A stretch of 36,189 nt of DNA from Gemmatimonadales bacterium (GTDB lineage: Bacteria > Gemmatimonadota > Gemmatimonadetes > Gemmatimonadales > GWC2-71-9): contig DASUOW010000083.1 of the NCBI GenBank assembly GCA_036276435.1, forward strand, positions 1 through 36,189, read 5' to 3'. The notes below the pieces were generated by a model. It saw nothing but the letters and a program-made list of their open reading frames with translations, did not search any database and was not told where the DNA came from. A program made the translations under genes and the position numbers. This document shows, in pieces, positions 18,485 to 27,868 of this stretch (the first letter of the stretch is position 1; each line of letters begins with the position of its first letter).

Positions 18485-19336
18485 ATGTCCGCCCGGGCAG
18501 TCGCAGTTGCGATGGTGTTAGGGGTGTTCGCCGCTCGGCCGCTGGTGGGTCAGGCGCCCAGTCACCTCTACGACAAGTTCCAGGTCAGCGTCTCGGCGGC
18601 CGGGGTGATCCTCGGCACGACGGTGCGGCTGGACTCTGACGAGGGCGAGGGCACCGAGGTGGACTCGGAGGACGACCTGGGGCTCGAGCGGGTCGCCCTC
18701 CGGCCGCGGATCGGGTTCCGCTGGCGCCCCGGCCGACGGCACGAGATCGAGGCGTCCTACCTCTTCATCTCGCGCAGCGGCCTGAAGACGCTGGAGCAGG
18801 ACGTCACCATCGATTCGGTCACGTACGCCGCCGGCGCGGCACTCGAAAGCAAGATCGGCCAGAGCCAGCTCGGCGTGAACTACCGCTGGGCGATCCACGC
18901 GGCGGAGCGCTCGCAGATCGGCTTGAACGTCGGACTGGGCGCGACGTTCTTCGACGCGGACTGGCTCGGTTCGGCCAGCATCTCCAACGGTTCAGGCACC
19001 GTCGCCGACAGCGTGGCCTTCGAGCAGAGCCTGGTGGGCCCGTCACTGGCCATCGGCGCGTTCGGCCGGTGGCAGGTGGGTGCTCGCTGGTACGTCGAGG
19101 CCGAGCTGGGTGGTCTCTACGTCCCGATCGACAACATCAAGGCCAGCATCGTCCAGGGCGGCGCGGCGGTGCGCTACTTCCCGCTGGATTGGCTCGGCAC
19201 GGAGCTGGGATACAGCCTGAGCTCCACCAGGGTGAAGATCGATCAGAAGGAGGATCCGCTCATCGACCTCGGGGCGAGCGGCAAGATCAAGTACAACAAC
19301 CAGAACGTCCGCCTGGGACTCGTCGCGACCTTCTGA
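18485..19336 (+). CDS. Putative outer-membrane beta-barrel protein
   Basis: Trimmed to ATG 18485, preceded by AAGGAGG plus a 4-nt spacer. Signal peptide MSARAVAVAMVLGVFAARPLVGQA. Alternating amphipathic strands. C-terminal ...VRLGLVATF ends in an aromatic residue. Confidence 0.6.
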   Translation: MSARAVAVAMVLGVFAARPLVGQAPSHLYDKFQVSVSAAGVILGTTVRLDSDEGEGTEVDSEDDLGLERVALRPRIGFRWRPGRRHEIEASYLFISRSGLKTLEQDVTIDSVTYAAGAALESKIGQSQLGVNYRWAIHAAERSQIGLNVGLGATFFDADWLGSASISNGSGTVADSVAFEQSLVGPSLAIGAFGRWQVGARWYVEAELGGLYVPIDNIKASIVQGGAAVRYFPLDWLGTELGYSLSSTRVKIDQKEDPLIDLGASGKIKYNNQNVRLGLVATF

Positions 19337-19359
19337 CGAGGGCGCCGCGCGCCCTCGTC
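19335..19359 (+). terminator. GC-rich hairpin overlapping the OMP-like gene stop (11-bp stem, 3-nt loop)
   Basis: gacgagggcgc / gcgccctcgtc perfect stem. No U-tract follows. Its 3' arm merges into the outer arm of the palindromic element. Confidence 0.45.
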
Positions 19360-19527
19360 GTTGCGAGGAGCGAAGCGACGAAGCAATCCGGATGCAAAGA
19401 GCGGGACCCCGTGCACGCGCCCGGGGTCCCGCTCTTCGCACCCGGATTGTTCGGCCTTCGGCCTCACCAGCTCGCGCGTCGCGCTCGGTTGCCGTGTCCC
19501 TCGCTGCGCTTGCTCCTCGCAACGACG
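19356..19527. repeat. Nested palindromic intergenic element (about 172 nt), REP/MITE-like
   Basis: The outer 16-bp perfect inverted repeat cgtcgttgcgaggagc (19356-19371) pairs with gctcctcgcaacgacg (19512-19527). The inner 28-bp inverted repeat is 19384-19411 / 19422-19449 with 2 mismatches. Lies between convergent genes. No credible ORF. Confidence 0.6.
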
Positions 19528-19535
19528 CGGTCCCC

Positions 19536-21476
<1,941 letters not shown>

Positions 21477-21785
21477 CCGGTCGGTTGACCCCGCGCGGTC
21501 CGGGACGAGAGACAAGGGACGGCCTGGGAAGTTCCCAACGTCCTGCAGCCTCAGAATTTGCCTGCGCGCCATGTATCGGGCAACCGGTGAAGTCGATTCC
21601 ACTACGGTCGTCTTCATCCGAAGATTCACTTTGCACCGTACTGGACGCGGAAGTCGCCAAAACGGCAGGTTCCTTCCGAGGCTCGAGCCACATCGGCGGG
21701 TCGAGCCGAGCCACCCGGAGGGGCTCGCATCCCCCTTCGACGCGCAAGTCGTTGTCCGCCAACGGTTCCGTCTTTGGTACCCGCA

Positions 21786-21801
21786 TGGCACGGCCGGTGC
21801 G
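21786..21801 (+). promoter_or_regulatory. Candidate sigma-54 (-24/-12) promoter upstream of lon
   Basis: TGGCACGgccgGTGCg matches TGGCACG-N4-TTGC with correct GG/GC spacing. About 60 nt upstream of the lon ATG. Confidence 0.25.
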
Positions 21802-21861
21802 ACTGCATGTCCCGACTTGGATCCGGCGAACGCCGGTTCAGGATGGACGCAAGGAGACCCG

Positions 21862-24387
21862 ATGAGTGAACGACTGACGCTTCCCGTGCTCCCGCTGAGG
21901 GAAGTCGTGCTCTTTCCCGGAGTCGCTGCGCCGATCGGCGCCGGCCGCCCGGGTACCCTCCGCGCGATCGAAGCGGCGCTGACGACCACCGACAAGCTCG
22001 TCTTCGCCGTGTCGCAGCGGCAGAACGTCGAAACCGTGAACGCCGACGTGCTCTACACGATCGGCACCGTGGCGCGCATCGGCCAGATGCAGCGTGGCCT
22101 CGCCGGCGTGCAGCTGCTGCTGCAGGGCGAGTACCGCGCCATCGCCATGCACTACTTCGAGAAGGACGGCTACCTCGCCGCCGTGGTCCGGCAGGCCGAG
22201 GAGCTCTCGCCGCTCGCGCCGGAGGACCCGGCGTTCGTGGCGCTGCATCGCGAGGCGCGCGCCCGTGCCGCCGAGCTGGGCCAGAAGTCGGGCCTGCCGG
22301 AGGAAGTGGTGCAGCAGGTGCTTGCCGGCGTGAACGAGCCCGGCAAGTTCGCCGACCTCGTCGCCGGCTACATCGATATCAATCCCGCGCAGCGCCAGGT
22401 GCTGCTCGAGACGCTCTCCACCGAGGACCGGCTCCGCAAGGTGCTGGTGCACATCCAGCGGCAGATCAGCGTGCTCGACGCGCAGGAGGACATCAAGAGC
22501 CGCGTCCAGGAGGAGCTGGGCGAGCGGCAGCGCGAGATGCTGCTGCGCGAGCAGCTCAAGACGATCCGCAAGGAGCTCGGCGAGGACGACGAGGTCGGCG
22601 ATCTCGAGGAGCTGCGCGAGAAGCTCGAGAAGCGCGAGCTCCCCGAGGTGGTGCAGAAGGAGGTCGATCGCGAGATGGGCCGCCTCGAGCGCATCGGCCG
22701 CGAGTCGATGGAGTCCCAGGTCATCCGGACCTTCCTCGAGACCGTCGCCGAGCTGCCGTGGAACGAGCGCTCGGACGAGCACCTCGACCTCGCCCGTGCG
22801 CAGGAGATCCTCGACGAGGATCACTACGCCCTCGGCGACGTGAAGGACCGGGTGCTCGAGTTCCTCGCGGTGCGGCAGCTGCGGGAGCAGGCCGAAGCGA
22901 AGGACGCCGCGGCGGTCGCCGGCATCGACGAGGCGCCGACCACCACCGACCCGGCGTCGGAGAGCGAGTCCAAGGCGGCCGACGTGCCGTCGCCGCGCCC
23001 CACCCAGCAGACCGAGGGCGAGAAGCAGGCGAAGGGCCCGATCCTCCTGTTCGTGGGCCCGCCGGGCGTCGGCAAGACGTCCGTCGCCAAGTCGATCGCG
23101 CGCTCGATGGGACGCCAGTACGTGCGCATCTCCCTCGGCGGCGCGCGCGACGAGGCCGACATCCGCGGCCACCGGCGCACCTACGTCGGGGCCATGCCCG
23201 GGCGCATCATCGCCGGCATGAAGCAGGCGGGCACCAAGAACCCCGTCTTCCTGCTCGACGAGGTCGACAAGCTCGGCGTCTCGTTCCAGGGCGATCCCGC
23301 CTCGGCGCTGCTCGAGGTGCTCGACCCGGCGCAGAACGACTCGTTCGTCGACCACTACCTCGGCGTGCCGTTCGACCTGAGCGAGGTGCTGTTCATCGCA
23401 ACGGCCAACTTCATCCAGAACATTCCCGGCCCCCTTCTGGACCGCATGGAAGTGGTGGAGTTCGCCGGCTACACGGAAGGCGAGAAGCGCCACATCGCGC
23501 GGAAGTACCTCATCCCGCGCCAGCTCACCGAGAACGGGCTCACCGAGGCGCAGCTCGAGATCCGTCCCGACGCGCTGGGCGAGGTGATCAGCAACTACAC
23601 CCGCGAGGCCGGCGTGCGGCAGCTCGAGCGCGAGCTCGGCAAGCTGGCGCGCAAGGTGGCCCGCCGCATCGCGGCGAAGGAGACCGAGCGCGTCGTGGCC
23701 GACTCCGACCTCGTGCGGGCCCTGCTGGGCCGCCCGCGCGTGCACCCGGAGAAGGCGATGCGCACCGACCAGGCGGGCGTCGCCACCGGCATGTACTACA
23801 CGCCGTCGGGCGGCGACATCATGTTCGTCGAGGCGAGCACGATGCGCGGCAAGGGCGAGCTCGTCCTCACCGGCCAGCTCGGCGACGTCATGAAGGAGTC
23901 GGCACGGGCCGCCTGGACGTACGCGCGCTCGCACGCGGCGGGGCTGCGGATCCCGGACGACATGTTCGACCGCGACATCCACATCCACGTTCCGGCCGGC
24001 GCCATCCCGAAGGACGGTCCCTCGGCCGGCGTCACGATGGCCTCGGCGGTCATCTCCGCCCTCTCCGGGCGGCCGGTGCGCCACGACATCGCGATGACGG
24101 GCGAGATCACCCTGCGGGGCCGCGTGCTTCCCATCGGGGGCGTGAAGGAGAAGGTGCTCGGCGCGCTCCGCTCGGGCATCACCGAGGTCATCCTCCCGAA
24201 GGAGAACGAGGCCGACCTGGAGGACCTGCCGGAGGAGGCGCGCCAGCGGATGAAGGTCTACTTCGTCGAGGAACTCGGCGAGGTGCTCGCCCTCACCCTG
24301 CGCGGCGCGAGCTTCAAGGAGGGACGCCTGCTGTTCGGTGACGAGAATCCGCGGGATGTGAGTCCGCTGGCGGCGTTCCACCACTAG
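21862..24387 (+). CDS. lon: ATP-dependent Lon protease (LonA type)
   Basis: Trimmed to ATG 21862 (AAGGAG plus a 5-nt spacer). LON N-domain LPVLPLREVVLFPG. Walker A GPPGVGKTS. Walker B FLLDEVDK. Protease Ser in PKDGPSAGVTM and Lys in GGVKEKV. Confidence 0.97.
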   Translation: MSERLTLPVLPLREVVLFPGVAAPIGAGRPGTLRAIEAALTTTDKLVFAVSQRQNVETVNADVLYTIGTVARIGQMQRGLAGVQLLLQGEYRAIAMHYFEKDGYLAAVVRQAEELSPLAPEDPAFVALHREARARAAELGQKSGLPEEVVQQVLAGVNEPGKFADLVAGYIDINPAQRQVLLETLSTEDRLRKVLVHIQRQISVLDAQEDIKSRVQEELGERQREMLLREQLKTIRKELGEDDEVGDLEELREKLEKRELPEVVQKEVDREMGRLERIGRESMESQVIRTFLETVAELPWNERSDEHLDLARAQEILDEDHYALGDVKDRVLEFLAVRQLREQAEAKDAAAVAGIDEAPTTTDPASESESKAADVPSPRPTQQTEGEKQAKGPILLFVGPPGVGKTSVAKSIARSMGRQYVRISLGGARDEADIRGHRRTYVGAMPGRIIAGMKQAGTKNPVFLLDEVDKLGVSFQGDPASALLEVLDPAQNDSFVDHYLGVPFDLSEVLFIATANFIQNIPGPLLDRMEVVEFAGYTEGEKRHIARKYLIPRQLTENGLTEAQLEIRPDALGEVISNYTREAGVRQLERELGKLARKVARRIAAKETERVVADSDLVRALLGRPRVHPEKAMRTDQAGVATGMYYTPSGGDIMFVEASTMRGKGELVLTGQLGDVMKESARAAWTYARSHAAGLRIPDDMFDRDIHIHVPAGAIPKDGPSAGVTMASAVISALSGRPVRHDIAMTGEITLRGRVLPIGGVKEKVLGALRSGITEVILPKENEADLEDLPEEARQRMKVYFVEELGEVLALTLRGASFKEGRLLFGDENPRDVSPLAAFHH

Positions 24388-24407
24388 GGCGGAGGGGCGG
24401 AATACAG

Positions 24408-24440
24408 ACGAAGGGCTCCGAGAACATCGGAGCCCTTCGT
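24408..24440 (+). terminator. Hairpin downstream of lon (13-bp perfect stem, 7-nt loop)
   Basis: acgaagggctccg (24408-24420) pairs with cggagcccttcgt (24428-24440), 21 nt after the lon stop. The T-tract is weak (cattg). Confidence 0.6.
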
Positions 24441-24457
24441 CATTGATGGTGCACTTT

Positions 24458-24544
24458 GTCGTCCTGAGCGGAGCGAAGGACCGGGTTGCGGCAACGACCG
24501 ATCCCAACCGATGCGCCCCGATCCTTCGCTGCGCTCAGGAAGAC
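24458..24544. repeat. Palindromic intergenic element (87 nt) related to the one at 19356-19527
   Basis: Arms gtcgtcctgagcggagcgaaggac (24458-24481) and atccttcgctgcgctcaggaagac (24521-24544) form a 24-nt inverted repeat with 3 mismatches. It shares AGCGAAG and TCGCTGCGCT cores with the first element. The right arm overlaps the last codons and stop of the TrmB-like gene. Confidence 0.55.
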
Positions 24545-25221
24545 ACGGTCAATCCCCGTATCGCGAGCCCCGCCGCCGCCACGAACGTCGGCGACGTGCT
24601 CCAGTGCCCCGCCACCTCCGCCCCCTGCCGCGACGCGATCAGCGCCGTGCGGTCGTCGGTCACGCAGATGAGCGGCGCGCCCGGCCAGCCGTCGGTGTCG
24701 GTGACCGTCGTGATCGGTGCGAAGCCGAGCTGCGCCGGTCCTACCGAATAGAGCGCCAGCGTCACCCCCGCGGAGGCCGGCCGGCGCAACGCCGGGCCCA
24801 GCAGCGGAAAGGCCTCGGCGGGCGCCAGCAGCCGCACCGAACTCGTCGCGCGCGCCACGTCGTGCTGGATGAGCTGCAGGGCCCCGCGACTCGACGTGAC
24901 CTCGACGAGCGTTGGCGTGGCGGGAACGGCGACCGCCTCGAGTTCGGCCGTGAGCCGGTCGAGGTGACGGCCGTGATCGCCGGCGATGCGCGCCAGGAGC
25001 GCGCTGGGCGGCTCTGGGCGATAGCGCTTGGGGCGTCCGCCCTCCATGCGCGCCGCGCCCTTCGTGACCAGCCCCTCGAGCGCGCTATAGGCGTTGGCGC
25101 GCGCCAGGCCGGCCGACCGCGCGATGCCGTAGCCGGTGCCGGGGCCCTCCGTGAGGAGCACCTCGTAGACGAGGCTCTCGGTGGGCGTGAATCCGAACGG
25201 GGTGAGATCGAGTCGAGGCAT
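24535..25221 (-). CDS. TrmB-family (winged-helix) transcriptional regulator
   Basis: N-terminal LTPTESLVYEVLLTEGPGTGYGIARSAGLARANAYSALEGLVTKG is a TrmB-type wHTH. The C-terminal sensor-like domain is less conserved. Confidence 0.72.
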   Translation of the reverse strand: MPRLDLTPFGFTPTESLVYEVLLTEGPGTGYGIARSAGLARANAYSALEGLVTKGAARMEGGRPKRYRPEPPSALLARIAGDHGRHLDRLTAELEAVAVPATPTLVEVTSSRGALQLIQHDVARATSSVRLLAPAEAFPLLGPALRRPASAGVTLALYSVGPAQLGFAPITTVTDTDGWPGAPLICVTDDRTALIASRQGAEVAGHWSTSPTFVAAAGLAIRGLTVSS

Positions 25222-25347
25222 GGAGGTAGTATGTCAGACTACGCTCTGGCCCGCAATCGGCAGTCGGTCCGAATGCGACGTGGCGGGTATCGGGAGGATG
25301 GGCCGCGTTCCGGGCCCGCCTCACCTCCGCCAGCGAGAGTTGCCCCG

Positions 25348-26604
25348 ATGCCGTTTCGCCGTGCCGACGACCCGACCGCCCCTTCCGCGATCAGCCCGCT
25401 GCCCGCGCACTCGTTCATGTTCTGCACCGGCATCGAGTCCAGCTATCCGACCATCCGCACCCCCGACGGCCGGATCAAGCGTGTCGACGAGTACGAGAAG
25501 ACCGGGCACTACGTGCGATGGCAGGAGGACTTCCAGCTCGTGCGCGAGCTGGGCATCCCGTTCCTGCGTTACGGGCCGCCCTACCACCTCGCGCACCTCG
25601 GGCCCGGACACTACGACTGGAGCTTCTCCGACGTCACGATGGAGGAGCTGCGCCGGCTCGGCATCACGCCCATCGCCGACCTGTGCCACTTCGGCGTGCC
25701 CGACTGGGTGGGTGACTTCCAGAATCCCGACTGGGCACCGCACTTCGCCGAGTTCGCCGGCGCGTTCGCGCGGCGCTATCCCTGGGTGCGCTTCTACACG
25801 CCCATCAACGAGATCTTCATCTGCGCGACGTTCTCGGCGCTCAACGGCTGGTGGAACGAGTGCCAGACCAGCGACTACGCCTGGGTGACGGCGATCAAGA
25901 ACCTCTGCCGCGCCAACGTCCTCGCGATGCGCGCCATCTCGAACGCCGTCCCGGAGACCATCTTCATCCAGAGCGAGTCGTCGGAGTACTTCCACCCCGA
26001 GCATCCGTGCTGCATCGACCGCGCGCGCGGGCTGAACGAGCGTCGCTACGTGGCGCTCGACCTCACCTACGGCCTGCCCGTGTCGCTCGCCACGTACCGG
26101 TACCTCATGGCCCACGGCATGACGGAGCAGGAGTACGAGTGGTTCCGCACCAACGGGGTGCCGGCCAACTGCGTGATGGGCACCGACTACTACGTGACGA
26201 ACGAGCACTACGTGACGCCGGAGGGCAGCATCGTGCCGTCGGGCGAGATCTTCGGCTACTACGTGCTGACGCGGCAGTACTACGATCGCTACCGCCTCCC
26301 CGTGATGCACACGGAGACGAACTTCAAGGAGCCGGACGCGGTGAGCTGGCTGTACAAGCAGTGGGCGAACATCGTGCGGCTGAAGCAGGACGGCGTGCCC
26401 GTGGTGGGCTTCACCTGGTACTCGCTCACCGACCAGGTGGACTGGGACACGTCGCTGCGCGAGGATGCCGGACGGGTGAACCCGCTCGGGCTCGTGGATC
26501 TCGACCGGCGCATCCGCCCCGTGGGGCGGGCCTACCAGCAGCTCATCCGCGACTGGACGACGATGATGTCCACCAACAGCGCGATGATCCGCTGGGGCTA
26601 CTAG
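25348..26604 (+). CDS. Glycoside hydrolase family 1-like protein (divergent subgroup)
   Basis: (beta/alpha)8 GH1-like blocks: FMFCTGIESSYP, TPINEI (acid/base Glu context), HTETN (nucleophile Glu context), FTWYSLTDQVDW. Start set at ATG 25348 because codons 25231-25347 have many A/T third positions. The alternative ATG 25231 has GGAGG 4 nt upstream. Confidence 0.8.
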   Translation: MPFRRADDPTAPSAISPLPAHSFMFCTGIESSYPTIRTPDGRIKRVDEYEKTGHYVRWQEDFQLVRELGIPFLRYGPPYHLAHLGPGHYDWSFSDVTMEELRRLGITPIADLCHFGVPDWVGDFQNPDWAPHFAEFAGAFARRYPWVRFYTPINEIFICATFSALNGWWNECQTSDYAWVTAIKNLCRANVLAMRAISNAVPETIFIQSESSEYFHPEHPCCIDRARGLNERRYVALDLTYGLPVSLATYRYLMAHGMTEQEYEWFRTNGVPANCVMGTDYYVTNEHYVTPEGSIVPSGEIFGYYVLTRQYYDRYRLPVMHTETNFKEPDAVSWLYKQWANIVRLKQDGVPVVGFTWYSLTDQVDWDTSLREDAGRVNPLGLVDLDRRIRPVGRAYQQLIRDWTTMMSTNSAMIRWGY

Positions 26605-27707
26605 TCGAAGGTCAGCTCCCAGCCCAGGCTCTTCGCGATCAGCGCGAGGCGGAACGTCACGTCGATCTGCTTGCTCTCGGCCGACTTGTCGTCCGGCTGC
26701 AACGGGTACCAGTGGTGCGTGATGTGGTTGGAGGCCTTGGGCTGCGAGCGCAGCGGCTTCGGCGCCCAGATGCCGCGCTCGTCGACGTCCTTGAGCGTGC
26801 GCGCGAGCACCTTGGTGGCCACCGGTGCCCACTGCAGCGCGTGCATGCGCGAGAGCAGCGCGATGTAGTAGAGGGCGAGCGGCAGGTCCTTCGGCGTCCC
26901 CTTCGCGTCGGCCTCGATCGGGTCGCCGAGCAGGAGCTGCTGGGGCTTCATGGCCTTCTTGCCGAGCATGACGACGAACGACTTCTTCGGCGCCGGCTGC
27001 GCGAGGTAGTGGCCCAGCCGCTCGGTGAAGCCGGCGCGTTCCCGCTGCAGGTTCGGCATGTGCGCGATCATCGCCACCGAGTACCAGGTGGGCGGGAACG
27101 CCTCGGGGTGCAGGGCCGTGTACTTGCCGGAGCGCACGAACGGCTTCTCGGCCAGGGGGCTTCGCAGGAAGGTCGAGACGGCGTTGGCGATCTTGTGGGC
27201 CGCGCCGCGCAGGCGGGGGTCCTCGAGATGCCCCGCCTCGGCCAGCGCCGCCGCCGCGCCCTCGCGGAAGAGCTCGCGAACCCACGCCGCCACGGGCGGC
27301 TCCAGCTTGGTCGTCTTCTGGTACTCGTACAGCAGTGCCGGATCCTCATCGCGGGACAGCAGCCGGAAGAGGGTGCGGTCGGCCAGCTTGTAGGTCCGGG
27401 CGCTGAGGGGGTAGCCGAGCTCGACAAGTCGCCGGTACTGCGGGACGGTGCCGACTTCCTTGATGCCCTCCTTCACCGAGGGGGCGAGTCCGAGGAGGTT
27501 GCCACCCCAGATGCCGTTGTCCTTCTGCTTCTTGACGACGGCGGCGGCGACCTTCGACTCCACCAGGGCCTGCTGTGCCGCGGTCAACTGCTCGGGCGTG
27601 GCATGGCCGGGAGGCGCCAGCTCGCTCAGGGTGCGGTACCGGATGGCCTCGTTGCCGTGCTGCAGCAGCCACGTCAGCGGAACCCGGTGCGTCGTAGGCA
27701 GGTCCAC
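26601..27707 (-). CDS. Hypothetical all-alpha protein (368 aa), Lys-rich; function unknown
   Basis: GTG start 27707 preceded by GGAG plus a 5-nt spacer. High GC3 throughout. The single QKDNGIWGGN segment is reminiscent of alpha/alpha-toroid (prenyltransferase/cyclase-type) repeats, which is weak evidence. The stop overlaps the GH1-like stop. Confidence 0.6.
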   Translation of the reverse strand: MDLPTTHRVPLTWLLQHGNEAIRYRTLSELAPPGHATPEQLTAAQQALVESKVAAAVVKKQKDNGIWGGNLLGLAPSVKEGIKEVGTVPQYRRLVELGYPLSARTYKLADRTLFRLLSRDEDPALLYEYQKTTKLEPPVAAWVRELFREGAAAALAEAGHLEDPRLRGAAHKIANAVSTFLRSPLAEKPFVRSGKYTALHPEAFPPTWYSVAMIAHMPNLQRERAGFTERLGHYLAQPAPKKSFVVMLGKKAMKPQQLLLGDPIEADAKGTPKDLPLALYYIALLSRMHALQWAPVATKVLARTLKDVDERGIWAPKPLRSQPKASNHITHHWYPLQPDDKSAESKQIDVTFRLALIAKSLGWELTFD

Positions 27708-27758
27708 GGGAACTCCGTCCTTGGAGATGTCCGGGAAGGGGCAGCCGGAGCGGGCGCG

Positions 27759-27806
27759 AATATAGCCCGGGCCGGGTATTCGGACAATCTCGATTGATAT
27801 TGTCCG
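27759..27806 (-). promoter_or_regulatory. Sigma-70-like promoter with overlapping inverted-repeat operator for the 26601-27707 gene
   Basis: Minus strand has TTGTCC (27787-27782), a 17-nt spacer, then TATATT (27764-27759). The inverted repeat cggacaat (27781-27788) / attgtccg (27799-27806) with a 10-nt spacer overlaps the -35. The region is an AT-rich island in GC-rich DNA. Confidence 0.4.
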
Positions 27807-27868
27807 GCTTGCGAAATCATGTAAACTGTTGTCGAGTAAGCAGTTTATCCTGTGTGCTCAGTTTTCGT

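Noticed and set aside
21477-21861. Searched for CIRCE (TTAGCACTC-N9-GAGTGCTAA) and sigma-32-type heat-shock promoter elements upstream of lon.
   Set aside because: No acceptable match was seen on either strand. Only the low-confidence sigma-54-like motif is reported.
25231-25347. Alternative upstream start (ATG 25231 with GGAGG 4 nt upstream) for the GH1-like gene.
   Set aside because: The 39 extra codons have many A/T third positions, unlike true coding sequence here. They encode low-complexity sequence and would leave only 9 nt between divergent genes. I kept this as a stated alternative because the SD-like motif is strong.
26601-27707. Horizontal acquisition of the Lys-rich 368-aa gene, suggested by its AT-rich promoter island and atypical amino-acid composition.
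   Set aside because: Third-position GC is as high as in neighbouring genes (Lys is encoded almost only by AAG). Codon usage therefore looks native. No flanking repeats or mobility genes are present.
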